Assembly: GCA_044892525.1 (NCBI GenBank)
Contig: CM097888.1
Location: 17,422,001-17,486,000, forward strand
DNA: 64,000 bases
DNA from: Schmidtea polychroa
Taxonomy: Eukaryota
Direction of reading: 5' to 3'
Position 1 is the first letter of the stretch; every line of letters begins with the position of its first letter. Shown here piece by piece: positions 11,485 through 22,652 of the stretch. Below the pieces are notes generated by a model. The model searched no databases. It was not told the origin of the DNA and saw nothing but the letters and a program-made list of their open reading frames with translations. Made by a program: the position numbers and the translations under genes.

Positions 11485-14147
11485 CACCACAAATATTAAT
11501 AAAAAAATTTGAATAAAAATATTATTATTATAAAATATTATCGAATATATTTTATCATATCATGTCATATTAATTTATAAAGTACTGATAATCTGTTTAC
11601 TATAAACTTAATTAGTAAATTAGTTTAAAAAAATCTGATAAAAAGACGTTATACATAAATGAAAAAATATTGATAATCATAGATATTTACTAGCTTCATT
11701 AACAAATATGAAAGAAGATGAGATTTTTTTAATGAAACAGATAAAAAAATCTAATAAAACCGGAAAATATTTTCCTATCCACCTCACAAAAACAAGTTTG
11801 AGTGTATTTGTATTTCATTCGACTCTTTTTATCATCAAAAATCTCAAAGATCTTTCTGCTACAGTGCAAAAATTCACTAACTCAAAAAATCCCTTTCTTC
11901 ATATATTTGCTATCTTTAAATGGAAATATGAAAGGTTCGTGACCAGTAAAAATAAAGTATTTTTTCAAATATTTTAAAGATTCTTCTGTAGAAAATTAAA
12001 ATTAAAATTCCCATCAATTGAATTTATATATTTTTTAAATGCGAATGTTTCTGATCTCAATTTGATAAGATTTCACTAGAAGTGTCTTTTATTCAATTTT
12101 TAGGTAACAAATTTTCTTTTCGTCTAATAAAAAGCTTTTATAGATTTATTTCAACCTGTTAACTATTTATTTTTTACAATTATTCTAGTACATGTCATGA
12201 TGAAAACAATTTCTCACTTGCTATGAAATTTACATTTAAATAAAAAACAAATACATTTTAACAAAAACTCGTCATTGCATAAGCTTAATTAAGCACACTG
12301 AAATGAGCATCCAAAAAACTAATCACTTAACAAGTTAATTGATATTTCATAATGTTGTTGAAAAAATTTTTTAAAAATTAATAAATTAAAAAATTTTCAG
12401 TTTGTAATAAATAATTAAAAACGATTGATATTTTCATTAAAATGTATCAAAATTTTGGTCTGTTTTAAAATTATTGTTACTCATAATTAATTCATATCGT
12501 CAATATTTTTAAACAAATGTACATATTCCCAGACAATTTTGAAAACATAATTTTCAATTGTTTGTCCTATGAAACTAGTTATTGAGAATAAAATAAATAT
12601 TTATTTTGTAATTATATTATTAATTATATTATTAATTTTTTTAATTATTGATTTTTAAATATTAATTCGATTCATTTAATATTATATTAATTATTTAAAT
12701 AATTAATTATAATAAATATTTGCAAATCTATATTAAAGAAAAACATTCAAAACCGATAAATTAAACAAGTCCCAAGTTATAGTGATCAAATATTTTCAGA
12801 TGATTGAATGTAAAGTGACATTTCACTGGTGTTGGCTCTATATAATTAGTGGGAGAATTAAATTTATTTTTTTCTTTATTTATTTTTTTTTAATTTCCAA
12901 ATCTTTACTGTAAGGAATAAGTTAAATAAGACATTATCTACCTTAATAAATTAATCAATTTAAATATTGTATATTAATTAATTTAGAATTTAATAATTAT
13001 GGTATGTAAATAATATATAAACAATTTAAATGTTAATATAATTATAATTAAATTTAAATTAATATGAATGATTGTGGAAATAAGTACCTGATGTTTTCTT
13101 GCCAAGATATTGTTGGTGTAAAATAATCAGGCTTATATCTGTTGAAGCTTATATTTAACAAAATAGTAGATGGTTAAAGACCCGCAAACTCATATGTCTT
13201 CCCTCTCCCAGGGTGTAGGAAATTTTCTTGAAACTAATGAAGATATTTCGGCAATCAATAACTCACTTTGAAGGGTTTTTACTAATTGCTTATGATTTGC
13301 TAAATACTTTTTGAAAATGATCATATTTTACTAAGAATTGGTTATTTGACCATTTGGAATCTCAGGTTTTACTTAAATTTTATATCATTTGTCAAATATT
13401 TTAAAATAATAATAAAAATAAAAAGATAGTTAGTCAGTGAATGATTAGCAAAGTAATGAGCAATATAAGGGCATAATTAACAAACACTCGGAAAATAGCA
13501 TCCTTGTCTTTGATCATTATTTTTTGAAGAAGATGACTATGGCGGTGATGATGGTACAAGAGAGGAATCAGCCGTTAGAAAATTATTATCTTTTAGACAA
13601 TCTTTTAATTGATATAAAATTGGTAGATGCAATAATATGTCATCAACATATGCGACAGAGTGATAAAGACCGTCTAATATTATATCAATGTGGCGCTAGA
13701 AAGTATGAAGAATTAAGCAATCCAAAAGACATAAAGAGGTATTCGAATACCCCAAAAATTGTAATGACAGCTGTTTTGGAAATAGAATCAGATTCAATGA
13801 TTCAAGCGTTGAAAAAACGGAGCAACCAGAAAATCTTTGCAAACTGTATAAAATGAGGGGCAGTGGGTAAGAATTTGGTAATGTTATTTTGTTTACTACT
13901 CAAATGTTTTGAAATTTCATTTTTAGTACACCATTTTTGAATTTACACATTATTTTAAACAACTTGAGATATTTTCACTAAAACAATTTATAGGCAGAAT
14001 TTATTTTCCTACAAAATGACATCATTATTTATTTCAAATTCACAGTCATCACCTTAAACAGTGCTTTTAACCAAATTTTACATACTTTCACGTGTATAAA
14101 TTTAAAAAAATAATCATTATTCATCTATACATCTATATACATCTATA

Positions 14148-14403
14148 TCATCCATTAATGATGTCGGTTTTGAAAATGCATATCGAAGTTTCTCTTCCAT
14201 AGTTTTTCCTTCGGCTGCTTCATAATCTTCCATTAGCGATCTGTCAAGTAATGTTGTAGTTAATATTACTTGCATCCTAATTGTTGTTTTTGTCGCGCCA
14301 AAAAACCTTTGACAATCCTTGATAAAATTTTCTAAATCATCGCCTTTGTGAAATTTCTCAGGTAATAGTCTGCTTATCAATAAATCCGTGGTCGTGGTCG
14401 CCA
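14148..14403 (-). mobile_element. Second PBS plus first ~85 gag codons of a tandem, truncated copy of the Gypsy element, sharing the 14404-14697 LTR
   Basis: Near-identical to 18867-19122; one visible substitution (KPT vs KLT); ends in short atctatac repeats. Confidence 0.88.
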
Positions 14404-14697
14404 TGTTAGACGCAATTAAATTCAAGTCTTCTTCAAGCATTTATTTTTATAACAACTTCAAAAATTGTGCCGTTTCCTAGAATATTTAAACACCGAGGCG
14501 TGATAATTATTAATATTAATGTAATTACTGGTCATACATTTAATTGATTTAATTTAATATAATTTAATATAATATGATATAATTTAATATAGAATTTAAA
14601 TATACAAATTTAACAGAAATAATTATTTCTACTAACTGATCTCACTTCTACCATTTAACCATAATAATTTTATATAGAGGTTTACTAACTCCTTACA
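14404..14697 (-). repeat. 3' LTR (294 bp)
   Basis: Starts TG directly after the polypurine tract; ends ...CTAACA; matches 19123-19416. Confidence 0.95.
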
Positions 14698-17600
14698 TCC
14701 CCCCTTCTTTAAAATGCTTTAACTTTTCTATATTCCTCGTTATTTGTCTTCCGTTTTCGTCTGTTAATAAATAACTTCTTTCATGATTTCGTTTTATTAC
14801 TGTGTATGGTCCTTCATATCTCTCGTGATCTTTGTTTCTAATTTCTTGTTTCACCAATACTTTGTCCCCCACATCTAAGTTCCTAGTTGTGCCAATTTCT
14901 TTCGCTTGCTGTCTTTTAGCCTCTAATTTCCGCATGATTTCATTTCTATCCAATTCATTATTACTATGCCATTGCGATCTATTAATCTTTCTTCCAAAAA
15001 TAATTTCTGCTGGACTCACTCCAGTAGTTTTTTGAGCTGTCGCATTTAAAACGTATTCTATATCAGGTATTAATTCTGCCCAGCTTTTTTTAACTCCTTC
15101 TCTGAGTGACGCGTTAATATAGTCTCTTATAGTACGAAATTGTCTTTCAATTACACCATTAGTATTATGATGATACGGACTCGAAAATATCAACTCAATT
15201 CCTGCTGCCTTTGCTAGTTCTTTAATGCTACTTGCTTCGAAATTTTTTCCACAATCAACATGTAGTTCCTAAGGGGCTCCAAATTTCAATATCCAATTAT
15301 TTAACAAAACTGCCTTTATTGTATTTTCATCTTGCTTTCTAATAGGAGTTAGAGATATGTATTTACTGTAATGATCGATTATTGCACAAATATATTTTTC
15401 TCCTCTGAAGGTTTCTCTTAATGGACCGCAAATATCCATGTATATTTTCTCCATAGGTTCTGAAGATTGAATTACTTGGGTTTTTTCTTTTGACTTTGTA
15501 GTTAAAACTTTGTTTTTCTGGCATGCTTCACATATTGAAATAGTCTCTTTTACTTCATTTAGCAAATCTTCCATATCAAAATTGTTCCTAATATATTTCA
15601 TAACTTTTTCTACTCCTGCGTGGCATAATAATAAATGTGTTTCCTTAATCATTTCTCGTCTTTTTGTTTCTGGTATCCATATTTTGTTTTGATTGGTATA
15701 GATAATATTTCCTTTTAATATATATTTATTATTTTTCCTTTCATTTATTTGATCTTTTATATCTTGTATTTCTGCATTATCTCTTTGCCATTCATTTCCA
15801 TTATTTTCGGTCATCAATGTTAACAATCTAGTTTTTAATCGCCCTGATTTGGGGTTATCATGGTCCATCAAACATTGTACACATTTGCCGCATGTATTTC
15901 TAGACAGCATATCTGCATTCGTATGCGCCGTACCTTTTCTGAACTCCATTTTTATGTCTAAACTGCTCAAGTAATTTATCCACGTTTGGAACTGTGCTGT
16001 TATCGGCTTCTTTGTCGTTAACATAAAAGTTATTGCTTTATGATCAGTGCGCAAAACAAACCGTTTACCGTATAAATAATGGTTGAAATGGCGACAGAAA
16101 TAATATATAGCCAAAAGCTCTTTTCGTGTTATACAATATCCTCTTTCATGGCTACTCATTGCATGGGATCCATATGCAATAACGTGTTCATGCCCCATTT
16201 CATCTCTTTGTGATAATACAGCTCCAATTGTATCAAAGCTTGCGTCTGTATCTAATATGAATTCTTTCTTGAAATCTGGAAATACGAGAATTGGCGCTGT
16301 AGTCAACGCCATTTTCATTTCTTCGAAAGTATTCTCACATTCCTCAGTCCAGTTTATTTTTTCACTATTGCTTCCACATATGCTTTCTAGCGCTCTTGAT
16401 TTTGTTGCATATTCCTTAATAAATCTCCGATAATAGTTACATATACCTAAAAAGCTTCTCAAATTCTTTATACACTTAGGCCTCTGAAATGATTTAATAG
16501 CCTCAATTTTACTTTGATCTGTCCGAATCCCCTGACTGTTAATAATGTGCCCTAAAAACTTTACTTCGCTCTTTAATAACTGACATTTTTCTGGGTTGAT
16601 TCTCAATTTAGCTTCCCTTATTTTCTCTAGAACTTTTCCAAACACATTGTAATGTTCTTCAATTGTTCTTGTAAAAATTAAAATATCGTCTAAATACACC
16701 ATAACTCCTTCTTTCCATAGATCTTTCAATATTTTTGTCATTAATTCTTGGAATGTACCCGGTGCCGCCGCAATGCCAAAAGGCATTCTATTAAAACAAA
16801 ATTGTCCTTCTTTAGTAGAAAATGCTGTCTTTTCTTGCGATTCTATGTCCAATTTCACCTGATAATAAGCGTTCCCAAGGTCTATAGAACTAAAGTACTT
16901 AGATCCATGTAATGTATCTAGAATTTCTTCTACATTCGGCATAGGAAAAGCTTGTCTTTCAGTAATCTTATTAAGCTGTCTAAAATCTAAACAAAGTCTG
17001 ATATCTTTTTTGTCTTTTTTCCACACGCATACTAACGGCGTATTCCAAGGTGAATTACATCTTCTTATGATATCATTATTTTCTAAATTTTTTATAGCAG
17101 CATTTATTTTCTCCTCTAAATTGATGGGTTGTCTTCTGGGTTTTATCATAATTGGCCCTTCTTTTGTGATGATTTTATGTGCAATTAAATCAGTACATCC
17201 GATATCCCAGTTATTAGCCATAAAAACACTTTTATTGTTTTTAACAATCTCTAACAGTCTTTTATTTTCGTTTAATCTTAGAATTTCTATTGCTCTTTGA
17301 CATCTCTCGTTATCTGTAATCTTTTCCCCAAATCTAGCTTCTATTTCACATACAAATTCATTATATCCTTCTTCATTTTGCTTGATGTAGTTTAATTCAA
17401 TTCCAAACTCTTTCTGCAATTCCACTCCACCTATTATATCTGGAACAATATTTTTAACTATTATAAATGTTATTTTTCTTTCCATATTACCAATTCTAAC
17501 ATCAATATATATTTTTCCGATTGTCTCTAATTTACTATCATTTGCACATCTTAACATCTCATCTGTTTTTATGATTTTCACATTCACTAATTTTTCCACA

Positions 17601-18082
17601 ACTGCTTCTGCCATTACATTTACTCTTGCTCCTGTATCTAGTAAGCATTCCATTCTATAACCCTGAATTTCAAGAGTTGTACTCGGTCTACCTTGCATTT
17701 TGTCATAACTCAATTTCGGTCGTTTCCATTCATCTTTAGTGAAAATATTTTGCTCCTCTGATATTTCATTAATCCAACCAATTTCATTTCTCTCTAATTT
17801 ATCTTCTGCCTTCTTAATAAATTTATAAACTTTTTCATTTACTATTTCATTATTATATTCTGCTTCTTTAATTTCATTATACTCTTCTTGATTCTTAGGA
17901 TTATTATTATTATTTACTAAAGATCGATCACCATTAAAATAACTGTAACATTTAAAATTATTTAAAGGAAACTTTTTAAAATTACAAATATTATTACATA
18001 AAGGTTCTACATTATTATATATATAAGGATTATTTACATTATTAAAATTATTATGACCAATATTTACATCAATATCAAAACC
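14693..18082 (-). pseudogene. pol: pol (protease LLDTGA, RT YLDD, RNase H TDAS, integrase) in frame with gag; one nonsense TAG in the integrase core at 15269-15271
   Basis: ORF track 15269-17713 and 14693-15193 are in the same frame, joined as GAP*ELHVDCGKNFE; the region 17714-18082 is also stop-free in that frame. Confidence 0.93.
14698..14710 (-). promoter_or_regulatory. Polypurine tract
   Basis: AAAGAAGGGGGGA abutting the 3' LTR; also codes KEGG at the integrase C-terminus. Confidence 0.9.
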
Positions 18083-19123
18083 CTAGTATATTGCTCCGAT
18101 CATTGCCTCCCGTGTCGAAGCATGTACTTTTGGGTGCTGAATCTCCTCATATTTGTCTTCTGCATCGTCTGAATACTCCAATGGCATCGTCTCATCATTA
18201 GGTTCAATTGCTGCAATTGTTCTTCTTGGATTGTTGATCTTTTGTTGATAGCTTGTGGTTCGATGGGCATAATAATTATTGTTTCTCATGTTTGAATTAG
18301 TTTGAAACTTCCTTCTTTCCAAATTTGTATAGCAGTCAATCTCCTTATGTCCACGTAAGTGACATCTCTGGCATTGAATCGTTGAACATTCTCGCCGTAC
18401 GTGGCCTTCAACTCCGCATGCAAAACACGTAATTTTCTTTTTCATTTGGCATTCTCGACTCACATGACCAATTTTCTTGCATGTCCAGCATTCCAATTGT
18501 CGGTTACTGACGTTTCGCTGCTTGAAATTATTATTTCCGTTTACCATTCCTCTTTGAGCAACATCTCTGTAGCTTCTGTAGTTTTGAACAACCGGTGAAG
18601 TCTTCACAACATTAACATGGCCCATAATTTTGTTTACCTTTTCTAATTTCTTTATTGTCGCTTTTATTTCTTCTGATGTTTTCAAATCTTTCATCTCGAT
18701 CTCTTTTTTAACTTCTCGATCTCTTACACAGTTTGTAAGCAGGCATTTTTCTATTTCTTCTTCATCCCATTTGTGCGCTATTAATTTCTTTGTCATCTTT
18801 TTAATTTTCTCTATAAAAGTTTCGGCTGAATCTGATCCTTGTTCATAACTCAAAGCTTCTTTTAGATCATCCATTAATGATGTCAGTTTTGAAAATGCAT
18901 ATCGAAGTTTCTCTTCCATAGTTTTTCCTTCGGCTGCTTCATAATCTTCCATTAGCGATCTGTCAAGTAATGTTGTAGTTAATATTACTTGCATCCTAAT
19001 TGTTGTTTTTGTCGCGCCAAAAAACCTTTGACAATCCTTGATAAAATTTTCTAAATCATCGCCTTTGTGAAATTTCTCAGGTAATAGTCTGCTTATCAAT
19101 AAATCCGTGGTCGTGGTCGCCAT
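18083..19123 (-). CDS. gag: Gag with CCHC zinc knuckles
   Basis: Intact ORF with CWTCKKIGHVSREC, CFACGVEGHVRREC and CQRCHLRGHKEIDC; likely start MATTTT at the LTR/PBS junction (the ORF track extends to an ATG inside the LTR at 19159). Confidence 0.93.
   Translation of the reverse strand: MATTTTDLLISRLLPEKFHKGDDLENFIKDCQRFFGATKTTIRMQVILTTTLLDRSLMEDYEAAEGKTMEEKLRYAFSKLTSLMDDLKEALSYEQGSDSAETFIEKIKKMTKKLIAHKWDEEEIEKCLLTNCVRDREVKKEIEMKDLKTSEEIKATIKKLEKVNKIMGHVNVVKTSPVVQNYRSYRDVAQRGMVNGNNNFKQRNVSNRQLECWTCKKIGHVSRECQMKKKITCFACGVEGHVRRECSTIQCQRCHLRGHKEIDCYTNLERRKFQTNSNMRNNNYYAHRTTSYQQKINNPRRTIAAIEPNDETMPLEYSDDAEDKYEEIQHPKVHASTREAMIGAIY
19111..19122 (-). promoter_or_regulatory. Primer-binding site TGGCGACCACGA (probably tRNA-Arg)
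   Basis: Directly follows the LTR-terminal CA; TGGCGACC.. is the tRNA-Arg-type PBS known from 412/mdg1-like elements; tRNA identity not verified. Confidence 0.8.
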
Positions 19124-19416
19124 GTTAGACGCAATTAAATTCAAGTCTTCTTCAAGCATTTATTTTTATAACAACTTCAAAAATTGTGCCGTTTCCTAGA
19201 ATATTTAAACACCGAGGCGTGATAATTATTAATATTAATGTAATTACTGGTCATACATTTAATTGATTTAATTTAATATAATTTAATATAATATGATATA
19301 ATTTAATATAGAATTTAAATATACAAATTTAACAGAAATAATTATTTCTACTAACTGATCTCACTTCTACCATTTAACCATAATAATTTTATATAGAGGT
19401 TTACTAACTCCTTACA
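19123..19416 (-). repeat. 5' LTR (294 bp)
   Basis: TG...CA termini; matches 14404-14697. Confidence 0.95.
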
Positions 19417-20059
19417 CTCATGAAAGCCCATTCTAATATTAAAAAATCATGTTAAAAACCTAAGCATTTATTAAAATCCCAAGTTCTTCAAAGGTATCAT
19501 GAAAACGGGAATTTAGATTATTGATGAATATATTTTTATTGCAACTTATATTTACTGCAACAACATTTGCTTTTGTTATATAGGCAATGAAGCTTGAATA
19601 TTTATATGATATTTGAGAATTGATATCGAATATATTTTATGGTTATGATACATTTGTACTGGTTTCACATTTCTGTTTATTTCAACCGGTTTCGTTTCAG
19701 TTATTTTACTAATTGGGCTTGTTTTTTCTATAAATTAGAAAATGATTTCTCCAAAAAACATTCCTTTTAGATTGCATTTAAAAAGATAATTACTATCATG
19801 TCATTTCATCTCTCTTTTATAGGTGTGTACAACCAATCAAATTAATGCATTTGTATTACAAACAACATGCGTGTGTGAATCATTGATCTTTTGTATGTGT
19901 GACTTTTGTAAATGAGTTATTGCAGATGTATTGCAAATTATTTGCTTAAGATATATCAACTATAATTTTGTAGTTAAAACGTGTACTAAATTAACTAGTG
20001 TGACATCACATGTAAAGTAGTGTACTATCATAAGTAACACTAACAAATAAAAATAATTT

Positions 20060-21010
20060 ACCAAACTGGATCAACTAATGTCTTTTTACACAAATGACAA
20101 ATTGTAGAAGATGAAAATCTTATTTGATCATTTCTAATAAACATAATTTTCTTTTTTGTAAAAAAAATCGGATAACTATTTCTTTACCAATTTCTTCAAG
20201 GTCACGAAGAAACTTATCAACAAATTGTAATCCTAGAAAACATTTTGAAAACTATTTTTCCAGTAAAATTAATTCAAAAAAGAAGACCATCCTAGATTGA
20301 TAAATGTTTTTCGTAGTATTTGGTATCTTTCGGAAAAAGTTTCTCAAAGTTAAGGTAAATAACAAATGGAGGAGTGACGGTCTTAAGCCAATCTTTAAAA
20401 CAAATATTTTTATTCTCAAGTAATGTGAAAAGAGTGGTACCTAACTAATTTTTATCGCACAAGCAAGAGTCTTTCAAAAATATTATTACAACTCCAATTT
20501 TTACAAATTCTAACACCAAATTCACCAGAATTCCCACAATTTTAAAGCCTATTAAGGTTGGTAACTCCTATAATATGATATATATCAGCACTTTCTAACA
20601 AAATTTAATTAATTAATATCCCACCAATAACTTTATTCCATTAATAAGATATCAATATAAAGATGTTACATAACTTCAGTATTTTTTACATCATACAAAA
20701 TATTTTCATTGTTGGATAACACCTTTATAGGTAACCCTGGATTTTAGGATTCAAATTTAGAAATATTATAAAGGTTCATGGGTAGATTGGCAGTGTCAAA
20801 TTTTAAGTCGGAAGTATTATTATGACACGGTCTATTTTTATGATTACCGTAGCAGACTGTTTATCGCCAATCGAAATTTGCAAAATTTCCTCTGAACCCT
20901 TTTTTGACTTAGAGACATAACCAAGCTAAACAAGATTAATTAAATCTTTTAAATATGCATATTCTGAGTGACTGGGGTCGAGAACAAACGATTCGAACAA
21001 CAGCACCATA
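20060..21010 (-). pseudogene. Maverick/Polinton protein-primed DNA polymerase B, N-terminal/exonuclease region remnant
   Basis: LKFDTANLPMNLYNISKFES*NPGLPIKVL; YHIIGVTNLNRL; KDWLKTVTPPFVIYLNFEKL (cf. PFVIYADFE); CFLGLQFVDKFLRDLEEIGKE; CHLCKKTL; many stops. Confidence 0.78.
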
Positions 21011-22408
21011 GTTTATAATTTGGATTCCCAAATAAAGTAAATAAACCAAAAAAATTCAAAAGTGTATACTCGTAACTTTAAAACATGACTATTTATTAAT
21101 TTAACTAACTTTAAGGTAATATTGCCTTTTACATATAAATTATGGAAGTTCTAGCGTGCTACTCCAAATTTCCTCACAATTTTGCGTTAAGTAATTGTGA
21201 AGTAAAATATTTCATTTTAGCTTAACAAAAAAATTTAACAAAAATTTCTAAAAACTTAAATTATTTCAATTATTTTTATTACTTTTACTAACGTTTCAAT
21301 CACTTGATTTTTTACAATTTTGTTTGAAATTTCAATCATTATAATTCTAGATGATTTTAAATATTTTTCTAATAATTAAAAATTTTATTAAAATACAAGT
21401 ATCAATTGATATGTGAATAATTCAGATATTGACAAATCAAAAATAATGAAGAAATAAAATAAAAAAAATATTCAACTTAATTTTTTAAAATCTTTCGAAA
21501 ATACAAGATCTTCTTAACAGATAAATTCATTCAAATTAATTTTGATAAATTTAATAAAGAATTAAAAATTGATCAAATAATTTGTTAAAAATATTTGATA
21601 TATTAGCTTAGAAAAGTCCCATTAATTTGACAGTTATTAATTTCGGAATTCATAACTAAAGTTTGTAAAATTTATACAATTATTGTAATATCTTTATCAA
21701 TTTTCAATATTTAAACAAATTATTTTTTAATGAAGTTGTGTCATGTATTAATTTCATTCAATTATAAAGTTTTCTCATTCTTTAACTTTTAAGTTTTTTA
21801 TTTTCAGTTAAATTTTTTTCTGTTAAACTTGTGAAACTTGTATTTTTAGTAAATTGAATATTTTAAAAAATTTTAACAAATTTAATTTTTACAAGTTGAA
21901 TTTATAAATAATTTTGTCTCTATATAATGAAGATTTCATGAGTTTTCTATATATAAAATTATTTTTATTATAAATTGTCATGTATCAATTTAAACTCCTC
22001 TGATCATGGTTTATATTCAGATCTTTCAAATTAATCATATTTATTTAACTAGCTAAAATGAAAAACAAGTTAAAATTATTTTCTAAATAAATAAAAATAA
22101 TTCAATTTATTCAAATATTTTCTTACTAAAACTAATGAATTAATAATTATAAATATGTTTTTATCTTCCAAATAAATCAATAAATCACATTATTTATTAA
22201 TTAATCTGCATTTGTATCAATAATCATTGTACAGAAAATGTTATAATTACATTAATCAGATTTCAATTTCATGATGAATTTAGAAATACTAATTATAAAA
22301 CATACTAATAATTTTTTGATTTATAGAAATTTTTATTGATTAAACAAATATCAGAATGGTAGATGGATGTGTCCCATCAACACCACTAATCCCCTCCCCC
22401 CGGAGAAT

Positions 22409-22652
22409 ATGAGCTCCAAAGTCTCTAAATTAAAATGTAGGTCACGCAATAATAAAACAACTTCTATATATTATGATAATCACACCAGTCTTATATGAAA
22501 TAATTAAAATTGTGTACTTCAAACACATGACGAGGCAGTGAATAACATCAGCATCAAATGCCATAATGTAACAACTTTCATATATTATCAAACGTAGAAG
22601 TTGTTATATTATTGTTTGACCTACATTTTAATTTAGAGACTTTCGAGCTCAT
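22409..22652. repeat. Inverted repeat (58-bp arms, ~4 mismatches, 128-bp spacer)
   Basis: 22409-22466 vs reverse complement of 22595-22652. Confidence 0.85.

Larger units (their letters stand above)
14404..19416 (-). mobile_element. Full-length, recently inserted Ty3/Gypsy LTR retrotransposon
   Basis: Two 294-bp LTRs (TGTAAG...CTAACA) that appear identical by eye; PBS; PPT; domain order gag-PR-RT-RH-IN. Confidence 0.97.

Noticed and set aside
11708-11977. 89-aa ORF and similar short AT-rich or antisense ORFs (e.g. 7324-7614, 17010-17300, 30230-30811, 34422-35082, 39259-39486)
   Set aside because: Antisense shadows of real coding sequence, or low-complexity F/I/L/K-rich chance ORFs
14148-14697. 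A 550-bp LTR that includes the gag start
   Set aside because: CA|TGGCGACC defines a 294-bp LTR followed by a PBS; the extra 256 bp is internal sequence of a tandem copy
18075-18095. -1 frameshift at GGGTTTT
   Set aside because: The heptamer overlaps the stop and pol is already in the gag frame, so no shift is needed
14693-19123. TAG reassigned to an amino acid (variant genetic code), since both in-frame stops are TAG
   Set aside because: The integrase TAG sits at a position best explained by an AAG>TAG change, and a hAT remnant ends at TAG at its normal C-terminus (44402); no other support
19430-19960. Possible further hAT or pPolB coding remnant
   Set aside because: Only a vague NNLNSRFHD-like match; no ordered motifs
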